From: an uncultured Candidatus Rokubacteria bacterium
GTDB taxonomy: Bacteria; Methylomirabilota; Methylomirabilia; Rokubacteriales; CSP1-6
NCBI GenBank assembly: GCA_963789955.1
Contig: CAWBMV010000022.1
Coordinates: 192,001-256,000, forward strand
Direction: 5' to 3'
Length of the DNA: 64,000 bases
Below, piece by piece: positions 51,796-63,300 of the stretch; within the stretch, counting starts at the first letter, position 1, and each line of letters begins with the position of its first letter. The position numbers and the translations under genes were made by a program. The notes below the pieces were generated by a model. The model did not search any database and had not been told where the DNA came from. It worked only from the letters and a program-made list of their open reading frames with translations.

Positions 51796-53352
51796 TCAGC
51801 GGCCTGTCTGTCGCTGCCAGAGCGCGGTGAGCGCCTCGCGGTCGATCTTGCCGTTCGCGTTCTTCGGAACGGCCTCGACGATGACGACGGCCGCGGGCGT
51901 CTTGAAGGCCGCCAGCCTGGCGCGGCAGTGCGCCAGGAGCGCGGCTTCGTCCGGGCTTCGGCCGGGCCGCGGGGCAACGAAGCCCACCGGGACCTCGCCG
52001 TAGATGTCGTCTCGCGCGGCGAGCGTTGCCGCGTCGGCGACGTCGGGATGCTCGAGCAGGCAATTCGTGATCTCGAGCGAGGCGATGTTGACACCGCCCT
52101 TGATGATGATGTCCTTCTTGCGACCGGTGATGTAGATGTAGCCCTCGTCGTCGCGCCGCGCGAGATCGCCGTTGCGAAAGCCGTCCTGAGGGATCGGCAC
52201 GAGCTTGTCCGGCCCCTGCCAGTAGGCCGAGGCGAGCTGCCGTCCGCTGACGACCATCTCGCCCTCCTGACCGGGCGGAAGCTCATGGCCGGTGTCGTCG
52301 AGGATTTGCACGCGCATGTTGAGGGTTGGCCGTCCGATCGAGCCGAGCTTGCGATGCCCCGGATGATTGCCGCACATGAAGCCCGTCTCGGTGCCGCCGG
52401 CGAGCTGTACGATCGGGATCGCGTACGTCTTCTCGAATTCCAGATGCTTGTCGACCGAGAGGGGGGCGGTACTCGACGTCATGAAGCGGAGCGCCGGCAG
52501 ATCCGCCCCGCTCACCGCGACCGGTTTGGCCAGCAGCATGTTGATGACCGTCGGGATGCCGACGGCGACGGTGACGCGGTGGTCGCGAAGCCAGTCGAAG
52601 AAGCGAGCCTGCGAGAACTTGCGCGCGAGGACGAGCGTGGCGCCGCTCAGCATCGCGGGCCCGACCGAGAGGATCTGAGGCGACGACCAGCTGAAGTGCC
52701 GGTAGTCGAGGATCGTGTCGGTGTCGCCGATCTCGAGGCGATCGACGGGTGACTCGCACATGGCGTAGTACGCCTCGTGAGTCCAGATCGCGCCCTTCGG
52801 CGCGTCCGTCGTGCCGGAGGTGTAGTTGATCAGCGACCAGTCAGTCCGGGCTGGCCGTGTCGCGACGGGCTTGTCCGAGGCGGTTCGCAGGCGAGCGAAG
52901 AGATCGTCGGCCGCCGGACCCGGCGCGTTCCAGGCGCCCAAGGCGAACCACGGCGCGTCGCCCGTGCCGAGCGCGCGAGGATCGCTCGCCAGATCGCGGC
53001 TCCAGAACACCGCCGCGGGCGCCACGTCGTGCAGGATCTGGCGCACGTGCTTCTCACGAATCTCGGCGTTGATCGGGTTCACGATCACGCCGGCGCGCAG
53101 CCCGCCCCAGAACACGACCAGCGCCTCGATCCCGTTGTCGGCGAGCACCGAGATCCGATCTCCACGCCCCACGCCCTCGGCGGCCAGAAAGTTGACGAAC
53201 CGCCGCGTCACCGCCTCGAACTCCCCGAACGTGATCCGCGCCCCCTGATCCGGACAATGAACGAACACCTTCCCGGCCCGCCGCCGAGCATGCTCCAAAA
53301 GCAGCGAGTCCACATCGACGAACGCGCTTGACTCCCGCCCGCCCGCACTCAT
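51796..53352 (-). CDS. AMP-binding acyl-CoA ligase
   Basis: YTSGTTDAPKG, GGTE, NGDL, GRKKDIII, NGKIDR. Confidence 0.9.
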   Translation of the reverse strand: MSAGGRESSAFVDVDSLLLEHARRRAGKVFVHCPDQGARITFGEFEAVTRRFVNFLAAEGVGRGDRISVLADNGIEALVVFWGGLRAGVIVNPINAEIREKHVRQILHDVAPAAVFWSRDLASDPRALGTGDAPWFALGAWNAPGPAADDLFARLRTASDKPVATRPARTDWSLINYTSGTTDAPKGAIWTHEAYYAMCESPVDRLEIGDTDTILDYRHFSWSSPQILSVGPAMLSGATLVLARKFSQARFFDWLRDHRVTVAVGIPTVINMLLAKPVAVSGADLPALRFMTSSTAPLSVDKHLEFEKTYAIPIVQLAGGTETGFMCGNHPGHRKLGSIGRPTLNMRVQILDDTGHELPPGQEGEMVVSGRQLASAYWQGPDKLVPIPQDGFRNGDLARRDDEGYIYITGRKKDIIIKGGVNIASLEITNCLLEHPDVADAATLAARDDIYGEVPVGFVAPRPGRSPDEAALLAHCRARLAAFKTPAAVVIVEAVPKNANGKIDREALTALWQRQTGR

Positions 53353-53394
53353 CGCGAGCGATACTGCTCCGCCCGCCTCGGCGCCGTCAAGCGA

Positions 53395-53562
53395 GGGGCG
53401 GTCGGGCGAGGCGGGGTGGCCGGTGGGGGTCGATGAGACCCGTTCCCGACAAGCGTCGGCGGACGTGAAGCGCCGGATGGAGCCCAGGCGACGGGGACAT
53501 GCGAACGCGTGCCGCGTGGTCGAACGACCCCCACCGGCCACCCCGCCTCGCCCGACCGCCCC
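53395..53562. repeat. Perfect 38-bp inverted repeat with 92-nt spacer
   Basis: 53395-53432 is the exact reverse complement of 53525-53562. Confidence 0.92.
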
Positions 53563-53567
53563 GTCGG

Positions 53568-54182
53568 TTAACGCGCGCTGAAGTGCGAGAGGTAGTGAGC
53601 GAGGGCGACGAGGTCGGGGTCGGAGAGCTCGCGAAGCTCAACGGCCATGGCGCCGGCATACCCGATGCGCGCCCCGGACTTGTACTCGCGCATCGTCTTG
53701 AGCAGATAATCCTCGCGCTGGTTCGCCAGGCGCGGCATCTGCTCGCGACCGGAGAAATCCGGGTTGTGGCAGACGGTGCAGTGGTTCTGCGTCGCAAGGG
53801 CTCGGCCCTGAGCCGAGCGCGCCGGGTCGGCCGGCTCGGGCGGCGCCTCCGGCGGCGGCAGCTTCGCGAGGTACTCGGAGATCGCGCGCAGATCGTCGTT
53901 GGTCAAGTCCTTGGCGGCGGTGGTCATCGCGGCGCTGCTGCGGCGCCCGTCGCGGAACAAGAACAGCTGGGCGACCGTGAAGAACTGCGGCTGACCGGCG
54001 AGCGACGGCGTCTCCGGGGTGCGCGAGAGCCCGCCGGCGCCGTGACAAGCCAGGCACACGGTCATGCGCTCCTCGAGAGGCGCGGCGCCGGCGAGTGACG
54101 CGAAGGCGAGAATCGCGAACGTGACGAGCAGGATGGCTCGGGGCGAGAGCGGCGAGCCCGCTCTCGCCCCGGCGGTTCGCAT
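53568..54182 (-). CDS. Diheme cytochrome c4-type protein
   Basis: CLACH and CTVCH; PSLAGQ and PRLANQ; signal peptide. Confidence 0.9.
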   Translation of the reverse strand: MRTAGARAGSPLSPRAILLVTFAILAFASLAGAAPLEERMTVCLACHGAGGLSRTPETPSLAGQPQFFTVAQLFLFRDGRRSSAAMTTAAKDLTNDDLRAISEYLAKLPPPEAPPEPADPARSAQGRALATQNHCTVCHNPDFSGREQMPRLANQREDYLLKTMREYKSGARIGYAGAMAVELRELSDPDLVALAHYLSHFSAR

Positions 54183-55412
54183 CAACGCGAGTAGCTGATC
54201 CGATAGACGGCGCCGTTGTGGTCGTCGGAGACCAGCAAGGAGCCATCCTTCATCACCATGACGTCCACGGGGCGGCCGAGGTAGCTGTTGTTCTCGACCA
54301 GACCCGTCAGGAACGGCTCGATCTTCGTCACCTTGCCGTTGCGGTCGAGGAACGCCACGACGACGTCGGCCGCGTATTTCTTGGTGCGGTTCCACGGCCC
54401 GTGACGCGCGATGAAGATCGCGCCCTGGTACTTCGACGGGAACATCTTGCCGGTATAGAAGCGCATCCCGAGCGGCGCCGAATGCGGCTCCAGGAGTGCC
54501 GCGGGCTTGGTGAAGTCGCCGCAGGCCTTGCCCCAGCCGAACTCGGGATCCGCGAAGTCGCCCTGGTGGCAATACGGATAGCCGAAGTGCTCGCCGGCCT
54601 TCGTGAGGTGATTCAGCTCGTCGTTCGGGAGATCCTCCGATAGCCAGTCGCGCTGATTGTCGGTGAACCAGAGCTCGCCCGTCTTGGGATGGAAGTCGAA
54701 GCCGACCGTGTTGCGCACGCCGCGGGCGATGATCTCCACGCCGCCACCGTTGAGGTCGATGCGACGGATGTGCGCGTACTTGGTCGAGTCCGGATCGCAG
54801 ATGTTGCAGGGCGCGCCGACCGGCACGTACAGCTTGCCGTCGGGCCCGATCTTGATGAACTTCCAGCCATGCGGGACATCGCCCGGGAACTGGTCGTAGA
54901 CCATCATCGGCGTCGGCAGCTTGTCGAGGTGCGCCTCGATGCTTGTCGTAGCGGGTGATGTCCTTCGGCGTCGCGAGGTAGAGCGAGCCCTTGTGGAACT
55001 CGATGCCGTTGGGCAGGAAGAGCTTTTCGGCGAGCGTCTTCACTTCACGCTTGCCGCCCTTGTCGACGATCGCGTAGAGCTTGCCCGCCACGAACAGCGA
55101 GCTCACGAACACCGTGCCCTTGTCGCCCTCGCGGAGCCCGCGGGCGTCGAGAATCTCCGCCGCGTACACCTCGACCTTGAAGCCCTCGGGCACCTTCATC
55201 TTGGCGATCGGGAGCTTGTCGGCCGGCGTCGGGACCGGGAAGGCGGGGACCGGCGCCATCTGCGCGCCCGGACCGGCCTTCGGCCGCCCGATGGCCCAGA
55301 ACGGAGTTTCTTCCTCCTTCTGCTGGGCGAACGCCGGAAGCGCGAGCAACGTGAGCATCAGGAAGGCGGCGGCGAGCGCCAGTGTCCGGCTGGTCAGCGA
55401 CGATGGAGCCAT
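54182..55412 (-). CDS. PQQ-dependent glucose/sorbosone dehydrogenase family protein (frameshift near 54940)
   Basis: VGAPCNIC, GVRNTVG, PHSAPLG, GRPVDV, LLVSDD. Confidence 0.88.
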
Positions 55413-55576
55413 AGCGATCCTCCCTGGGCGACAGCGGGTGTCACGACATCGACGCGGCCGAGCGTGCGGAGCATGACGATCGACGATCGATCCTGGCCCC
55501 GCACTCTAGCGCGGACGGCCGCGGCACGCAAAGATCCACGGTCTTGTAGAATCCGGGCAGCGCCGGAGAAAGGACG

Positions 55577-55993
55577 ATGCGCATGCCGAGAGTCACGCCG
55601 ATCACCGCCAGGCAGCAGGTCGCTCCCGAGCACCAGGCGATTTTCGACGCGGTCGCCGAGGGCCGCGGCAGTGTGCGCGGTCCTTTCAGCATCATGATGC
55701 TCAGCCCGCAGTTCTGCGAGCGCGTCCTCAAGCTGAGCGATTTCTTGCGCTTCCAATGCTCGGTCAAGCCGAAGAGGGCGAGCTCGCCATCATCGCGACC
55801 GCGCGCGAGAAGGACTGCGGCTACGTGTGGGGCGCGCACGTGGCGCTGGCCGCAAGGCGGGAACGCGCGAGGAGGCGATCGCCGCGGTGCGCGACCGCAA
55901 GGACGTGAGCACGGCCACTACGGGCTGGTCAGCGGCCTCTTGAACGCCTTCGAGATGAGGCCGGCGCCCGACGCCGAGAAGCTGCCGAGCTAG
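55577..55993 (+). pseudogene. CMD/AhpD-family gene, frameshifted and apparently internally deleted
   Basis: RGSVRGPFS, ELAIIATAREKDCGYVWGAH, then a jump to GHYGLVSGLLNAFE. Confidence 0.6.
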
Positions 55994-56002
55994 GGCTTCG
56001 CG

Positions 56003-57240
56003 TCACTCGATCGCGCGGAGGCGCCGCGAGGTGAGCAGGACGAGCGCGTTGGCGGACACGAGCGCCCCGCCGACCAGCACCGCGAAGCGCGCGTCGACCG
56101 CGGCCGCCAGCGCGCCGGCCAGGAGACCACCGAGCGGGAGCAGGTTCCAGCAGAGCGAGTAGAGGCTCAAGACGCGGCCGCGCAGGTGGTCGGGCACCTT
56201 GGTCTGGATGAGCGTGGTCACGTGCGTCAGGTAGAAGGTGCTGCAGAAGCCGGTCAGCGCCAGCATCGGGAACGCGACTCCCATGCCCGGCGATCGTGAG
56301 AACGTCATCAGCGCCAGCCCCATGCTCGCCGCCGCGCACAGCATGACCACGCCCGGACGCAGGATGCGCTGCGCGGCCGTCGCGATGATCAAGGTGCCGA
56401 GCAGCGATCCGGCGCCGTGCGCCGCGCTCAGCAATCCGTAGCCGGTCGAGCCCATCCCGAAATACGCGTCGGCGTACACGGGCAGCAACGTGATGTACGA
56501 GAGGCCGAACAGCGCGTTGAAGAGAGCCAGGCTGATCAGGCTCGCGAACACGAAGTTGTGGCCGACGAAGCTCAGCCCCTCGGCGAGCTGCGCGAGGACA
56601 CGCCGTCCGTCGCTCGTCTTGACCTCCTCACGGACGTCGAGACGGCTGTAGAGCGCGAGCGCGGTGCACGAGGCGATCGCCGCCAGCCCGAAGCCGACCG
56701 TGCCGCCGAAGGCCGCGATCAGGATACCGGTGATCGACGGGCCGATCATCCGGCCGGCCTGCCAGGGGATCGAGCCGAGGGCGATCGCGTTCGGCAGCCG
56801 CTCGCGATCGATCAGCTGCGGCACCAGCGACATCCGGCTGGGCTCGTCGAACGCGCGAAAGCTGCTGCTGAGCGCGGCCAGCACGAGCAGGTGCTGGACC
56901 CGCGCGAGTCCCAGCACGATCAAGACGAAGGCGAGGATCAGGGTCGACGACGTCAAGGTCGTCGTCACGAGCAAGAGCCGCCGACGACTGGTGCGATCGG
57001 CCAGGACGCCGGCGAGGAGCTGGAACACGACGAGCGGCGCGCCCTGCGCCAGGCCGAGATAGCCGAGATGCAGCGGGTCGCGCGTCAGCTCCCACGTCAT
57101 CCACGCGAAGGTGACGTACTCCGCCCGATGGCCGAGGACGTAGAAGACCAGGCCCGACCAGTAGAGCGCGTAGTTCCGAGTCTTGAGGGCGGCGAAGGTC
57201 GACGGCCGCGCCGTCGCCGCCGGGCTCGCCGGGCGAGCCG
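56003..57240 (-). CDS. MFS transporter (start not resolved)
   Basis: The frame extends upstream of the Met at 57100 (FAALKTRNYALYW); GVLADRTSRR, VPDHLRGRV. Confidence 0.85.
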
Positions 57241-57549
57241 CTAGTCGGTGAGAGATCTGAAGATCTCCACCTCGGCCTTCCCCTCGGTCAGTCCTTCCTT
57301 CTCGCGCCGCTCGCGATACGCGACGAGGTGGGGCGCCTTGCGATGGACGTCGAAGGCGGCGTCGTCCTTGTACTGCTCGTAGAAGACGAAGACGTCGGGA
57401 TCCTTCGTCGAGCGGTGCGGGCGATACACGATGCAGCCCGGCTCGGCCTTCATGACCGCGGCCACCTGTTCCTTGAGGAGCGCCGCCAGCGCGTCGCCCT
57501 TGCCCTTCGCCGCCCGGATCTTCGCCACCACCGTGAGCACGTCAGCCAT
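57241..57549 (-). CDS. Antibiotic biosynthesis monooxygenase (ABM) family protein
   Basis: EPGCIVY, FVFYEQY, HRKAPH. Confidence 0.88.
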   Translation of the reverse strand: MADVLTVVAKIRAAKGKGDALAALLKEQVAAVMKAEPGCIVYRPHRSTKDPDVFVFYEQYKDDAAFDVHRKAPHLVAYRERREKEGLTEGKAEVEIFRSLTD

Positions 57550-57571
57550 TGGTCTCTCCAGGACTTGATAT

Positions 57572-57613
57572 GCGCGTCTCGGCGGGGCCCCGGCCCCGCG
57601 CTCTGAAGCGCGC
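57572..57613 (-). repeat. Dispersed GC-rich hairpin repeat, copy 3 (shorter)
   Basis: Minus strand GCGCGCTTCAG...GCGGGGC-CGGG-GCCCCGC-CGAGACGCGC. Confidence 0.55.
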
Positions 57614-57699
57614 GACCGAGGCTAGGCTAACTTACGAGGGTCGTCAAGCGAACCGGAGGGTGACCCTCAATTATGAGTTCCAAGGCCGGCCTGCGCCGA

Positions 57700-58186
57700 A
57701 GCACCGGGCGCGCGGCCGCCATCGGCGGCGCCGCGAGCCGCGGCCATGCTGGGGCGAGCTGGTGCACCTCGACGGCAGCCGTCATCGCTGGCTCGCGTTG
57801 GTCCCCGAGCAGTGGCAGGCCTTGATCGTGGCGGTGGACGACGCCACCAAGCGTGTGCTCGATGCGCAACTGGTCGAGGGCGGCGAAAGTCTCGGCGCCA
57901 TCATGACCGCCCTGCGCGTGATCCTGGAGCAACACGGCATTCCGGGGCCATCTACACCGAGCGCGCCAGCTGGGCGGTGTACACGCCGACCTCCGGTACC
58001 GCGCCCGATCGCGCGAAAGTGACCCAGGTAGGCCGCGCGCTCGCCCGGCTCGGCATTGAGCACATCGTGAGTTTCTCGCCGCAGGCGCGGGGGCGGAGCG
58101 AGCGGATGAATCGCACGCTGCAGGGCCGGCTCGTGAACGAACTGCGGGTGGCCCAGATCCGCACCCTGGAGGCGGCCAATCGCTAA
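57700..58186 (+). mobile_element. DDE transposase remnant (ISNCY/IS481-like integrase core)
   Basis: RRREPRPCWGELVHLDGSRHRW, VDDAT, TQVGRALARLGI, SPQARGRSERMNRTLQGRL; frameshifted, no HTH domain. Confidence 0.85.
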
Positions 58187-60272
58187 GCACGGCGGGCGTG
58201 AGCTCGGCGAGAACCGTGCGGAGATGATTCGTGTCGACCGGCTTCACGAGGTGCGCGTCGAAGCCGGCGGCCTGCGCGCGCTTGCGATCGACCGGCTGGC
58301 CGTAGCCGCTGATGGCGATCAGTCTCACGTCGGCGCCGCGGCCCATCGCCCGTAGCTGTCGGGCGACCTCGAAGCCGTCGATTCCCGGCAATCCGAGGTC
58401 GACCAGCGCGAACGTGAAATCAGCGGACCGCGCGTGCTCGAGCCCGTCCTCGCCGCTGACCGCGACCGCGACCTGGTGACCGTCGAGCTCGAGCAGCAGG
58501 CGCAAGCTCTCGCGGGCGTCCTCGTTGTCCTCGACGATGAGGATGCGCGTCGGGCGCAACGTCGACGGCACCGCCAGGCTCGCCGGCGCCGCCGGCGCGG
58601 CGCTCGCCGGCAGGCGGACGACGAGCTCGCTCCCGCGCCCCTCGCCGGCGCTGAGCGCCTCGACGGCGCCGCCGTGCAGCTCGACCAGCCGCCGGACCAG
58701 GGTCAGGCCGAGACCGAGGCCGTCGGCGCGCGCGTGGCCGGTGCCGCCGCCGCGAACGAACAGATCGAAGATCTGCGGCAGCAGGGCGGCCGGGATGCCG
58801 CGGCCCGTATCGCTCACTCGCAGGACGGCCTCGGTGCCGTCGCGCTGCACGCTGACGATCACGCGGCCGCCGCGCGCGGTGTAGCGGAGCGCGTTGTCGA
58901 GGAGATTCGCCACCACTTGCTCGAGCCTCGAGGCGTCGCCGATCACCCAGACGGGGTCGGTCTTCAGGACGATCTCGTGATTGGCGGTCTTGCCGGCTGC
59001 GTCGAAGGCCTGGAGCGCGCGGCGCGCCACGTCGGCGAACGCGACCGGCTCGCGTTCGACGACGATTCGGCCCGTGGTCACCCGCGCGACGTCGAGCAGA
59101 TCGTCGACGAGGCGGGCCAGATGGTGTGTCTGGCGTCCGATGATCGTCCGGATCCGCGCGGTGTCGTCGTCCTGGCGACCGAGCTTCTCGAGCACCGCGG
59201 CGGCGTTGCTGATGGCCGCCAGCGGATTCCTGAGCTCGTGCGCGAGCATCGCGAGGAACTCGTCCTTGCGGCGGTCGCGCTCCTCGATCTCGCGATAGAG
59301 ACTGCGGTTGTCGAGCGCGATGGCGGTGCGGCTCGCCAGGTCGCGGACGAGCTCGATGTCGGCCGTGGTGTAGCGGCGACCCGAATCGAGCATGGCGAAG
59401 GCCATGGCGCCGAGCGTCGTGCCGCGGGCGGGCAGCGGCGCCACGATCGCCCACGTCCCGGTGCCGTCCTTCGTGGGCAAGGTCTCGAGCTTGTGGCTGG
59501 CAATCACGCGCAAGGCCGCGTCGAGGATTTCCCGGTGCGCGGCGACTCCGGCCGACGGCGGGGCGAGCCGTCCGTCGGCATCGACGCGGAGCCAGACCCC
59601 CTCGGCTTCCGGCGATCGGGTCGCGTCGACCGGGACGACGCCCGCGAGGTCGGCCATGTACGGCAGCACCGCGCGGAGCAGATCGCCGGCGATCGAGCCG
59701 CCCTCGATCGGCCGCGTCAACACGCGGGTGGCTTCGGCCAGCACGCCCAGCCGGAGATTCGTCGCCTCCGCGGCGACACGAGCAGCCTGCTCGGTGGCCA
59801 GCGCCACCCGCTCCTCGGCGTGCCGGCGCGCCTGCGCGTGCATCCGCGCCAGCTCCACGAAGACCCTGACCTTGGTCCGGAGAATCTCCGGCAGGAACGG
59901 GCTGAACAGATAGTCGACGGCGCCGAGCGAGTAGCCCCGCGCCGCGTGCAGCTCATCGGTGTCCGCGGTGACGAAGATGATGGGCACGTTGCGCGTCCGC
60001 GGGCGCTGCCGGATCATCGCCGCGGTCTCGAAGCCGTCCATCTCCGGCATGTTGACGTCCAGCAGGATCACCGCGACGTCGTGATCGAGGAGATAGCGCA
60101 GGGCTTCGCGCCCCGAGTCGACGGCGACGACGTTTTCGTCGAGGTCGGCGAGCACCGTCTCGACCGCCATGCGCTGCGCCACGGTGTCGTCGACGATCAG
60201 GATGTTGACGCGCTCGCGCGCCGCCGGAAGCAGCGGCGTCGAGGCGCCGCGCGGCTCTTCGACGTCGCTCAT
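58183..60272 (-). CDS. Hybrid histidine kinase REC-GAF-HisKA-HATPase-REC (3' end unresolved)
   Basis: [26 protein letters not shown], final REC ending AHLVKPV; the frame stays open to 57627. Confidence 0.88.
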
Positions 60273-60300
60273 CGGCTTCGCAGGCGCCACCGCGCCACGC

Positions 60301-63300
60301 CTAGCGAACCAGCCACGCCCGCAGCATCGCGACCAGCTCCTCGGGATCGACCGGCTTGGCCAGGTAGTCCCAGGCGCCGGCCTCGATGCACTTCTCGCGG
60401 TCGCCTTTCATGGCCTTGGCGGTGACCGCGATGATCGGGACGTCCTTGGACCGCGGGTCCAGGCGGATCTGCCGCGTGGTCTCCATGCCGTCCATCTCCG
60501 GCATCATGATATCCATCAGCACCACGTCGATGTCCGCGTAGGCCTGGAGCGATCTTGATCGCGTCGCGCCCGTTCTCCGCGGACACCACCAGCATGTGGT
60601 GCTCCTCGAGGACGCTGGTGAGCGCGAAGATGTTGCGGATGTCGTCGTCCACGATGAGGACCTTCTTGCCGCCCAGCGCGCGGTCTGCCACCGTGCAGGT
60701 CGCTGAGGATCCGGCGCTGCCCCGCCGAGAGGTCGCCGAAGCGACGGTGCAGGTAGAGCGCGGTCTGGTCGAGCAGCCTCTGGTCCGTCCGCACGTCCTT
60801 GACCGTCAGGCCCGGCAGCGCGCGCTTGACGGCGTCGACCTGATCTTCGGTGTCGGGATCGCCGTGGCAGCAGCAAGGAGGCGGTCCGCGACGGCGCGTG
60901 CTTGAGCAGCCGCTTCGCGAGATCCAGGGGCGTCGTGTCGGGCAGGCGCGGATTCAGCACCACGCACTCCGGGACTCGCCGCTCGAGGGCCGCGATCGCG
61001 TCGGCGCCGCTGCCGACCGCCGTGATGCTCACGTCGGGACCGCCCAGGAGCGCGACGAGCTGCTCCCGGCGCGCGGCGGCGGGCTCGACGATCAGGAGGT
61101 CGCGCGTGGCCGCGTCGGTGTGGCGCTTGATCGCCGCCACCGTTTCCTCGAGCGCCTCGCCGCTGGCGAGCGGCTTGGTGATGACCATCCGGGCGCCGAG
61201 CCGTAGACCGCGCTCGACGTCGTCGTCGGTGGTGATGATGTACACGGGGATGTGGCGGGTCGCCATGTCGTTCTTGATGCGCTCGAGCACCCAGTAGCCG
61301 TTGATGTCCGGCAGCGAGATGTCGAGGGTGATCGCGACCGGCTGAAACTCCTGGCTCAGGCCCAGGGCCGCCGCGCCGAACGACGGTGATCACGCCCTTG
61401 AAGCCCTGCGCGTGCGCTTCGTCCAGGACGGCGCGCGCGAACGCCGCGTCGTTCTCGACGATGAGCAGGACGCGGTCGCCCGGCTGGATGGCTCGCCGGT
61501 CGTCGCTCGCCTCCTCGACGGCGGTGGCGGTCGGCGACCTCGGCGAGCACCGCCGCGACGGGGACGCGGGTGGCCGGCACCTGAGAGGCGCGCCTCGGGA
61601 CCGGCCGCCGGACGGCGCGGCGTCGCCGGCGGCGTGTAGGTCATCGGCAGGTAGAGCGTGAAGCGTGCTGCCGCGCCCCTGCGAGCTCACGAGGTGGATC
61701 TCGCCGCCGAGCAGGCGCGAGAGCTCGCGGCTGATCGCGAGACCGAGGCCGGTGCCGCCGTACGTGCGGCTCGTGCTGCCGTCGGCCTGCTGGAACGCCT
61801 CGAAGATGATCTGCTGCTTCTCCGACGGGATGCCGATGCCGGTGTCCGTCACCGAGAACGCGATGGCGGGGCCGCGGCCCTCGGAGGACTCCGTGCTCCA
61901 GATTGGCGGGATCGGCGAGGCCGATCGTCAGGTCGACGCGGCCGTGGCGCGTGAACTTGAAGGCGTTCGAGAGCAGGTTCTTCAGGATCTGCTGGAGGCG
62001 CTTGGCGTCGGTGTGGATCGCGCGCGGCAGGTCCGGCAGGAGCTGGATGACGAACTCGAGCCCCTTGGCCTCGGCCAGATGATTGAACGTCCGCTCGACG
62101 AAGCTGTGGAGATCCGAGAACCACATCTCGCCCACGTCGACGACGACCGTCCCCGACTCGATCTTGGACAGGTCGAGGATGTCGTTGATGAGGTTCAGCA
62201 GGTCGTTACCGGATGAGTGGATGGTCTTGGCGAACTCGGTCTGCCGCGAGCTGAGGTTGCCGTCGGGGTTCTTCGACAGCTGGTCGGAGAGGATCAGCAG
62301 GCTGTTCAGCGGCGTGCGGAGCTCGTGCGACATGTTGGCGAGGAATTCGGATTTGTACTTCGAGGTGAGCGCGAGCTGCGCCGCCTTTTCCTCGAGGGCC
62401 TGCCGGGCCAGCTCGACCTCACGGTTCTTGCGCTCGACTTCCGCGTTCTGGTGGGCGAGGAGCTGGGCCTTTTCCTGGAGCTCCTGGTTGGTCTGTCCGA
62501 GCTCGGAGGCCAGCGACTGCGACTGCGCCAGCAGCGCCTCCGTGCGCATGTTCGCCTCGATCGTGTTGATCACGATCCCGATACTTTCCACGAGCAGGTC
62601 CAGGAAGGCCTTGTGCGTCGGGTTGAAGCGGTCGAACGACGCCAGCTCGATCACGCCCTTGACGTCGCCCTCGAACAGCACCGGCAGGATGATCAGGCTC
62701 GCCGGCGTGGCGCCGCCGAGCCCCGAGCTGATGCGGACGTAGTTCGCCGGCACGGTGTCGAGCAGGAGACCGCGCTTCTCGCGGGCGCACTGGCCGACCA
62801 GGCCCTCGCCGATCTGGAACGTCGTCGGCGCCTCGGCCTCGAGGGCGTACCCGGCGAGCAGCTTGAGCCGCTGCTGGTCGTCGGACGCATCGAGGAGATA
62901 GAAGGCGCCGCGATGCGCCGAGACGACCGGCGCCAGCTCGGACAGGATGAGCCGGCCGACCTCGAGCAGATCCTTCTGGCCCTGGAGCATGCGGCTGAAC
63001 TTGGCGAGGTTGGTCTTGAGCCAGTCCTGCTCGCTGTTCTTGAGCGTCGTCTCGCGGAGGTTGCGGATCATCTCGTTGGTGGTGTCCTTGAGGACGGCCA
63101 CCTCGCCGCGCGCGTCGACGGAGATCTCGCGCGTCAGGTCGCCCGTGGTCACCGCGGTCGCCACCTCGGCGATCGCGCGGACCTGCGTGGTGAGATTGGC
63201 CGCGAGCTGGTTCACGTTGTCGGTGAGGTCCTTCCACGTGCCGGCGGCGCCGGGCACGCGCGCCTGGCCGCCGAGCTTGCCTTCGACGCCGACCTCGCGC

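Noticed and set aside
53568..55412. 614-aa ORF suggesting a dehydrogenase-cytochrome c fusion
   Set aside because: Artefact of a frameshift near 54940; the dehydrogenase stops at 54182-54184 and the cytochrome has its own ATG and signal peptide
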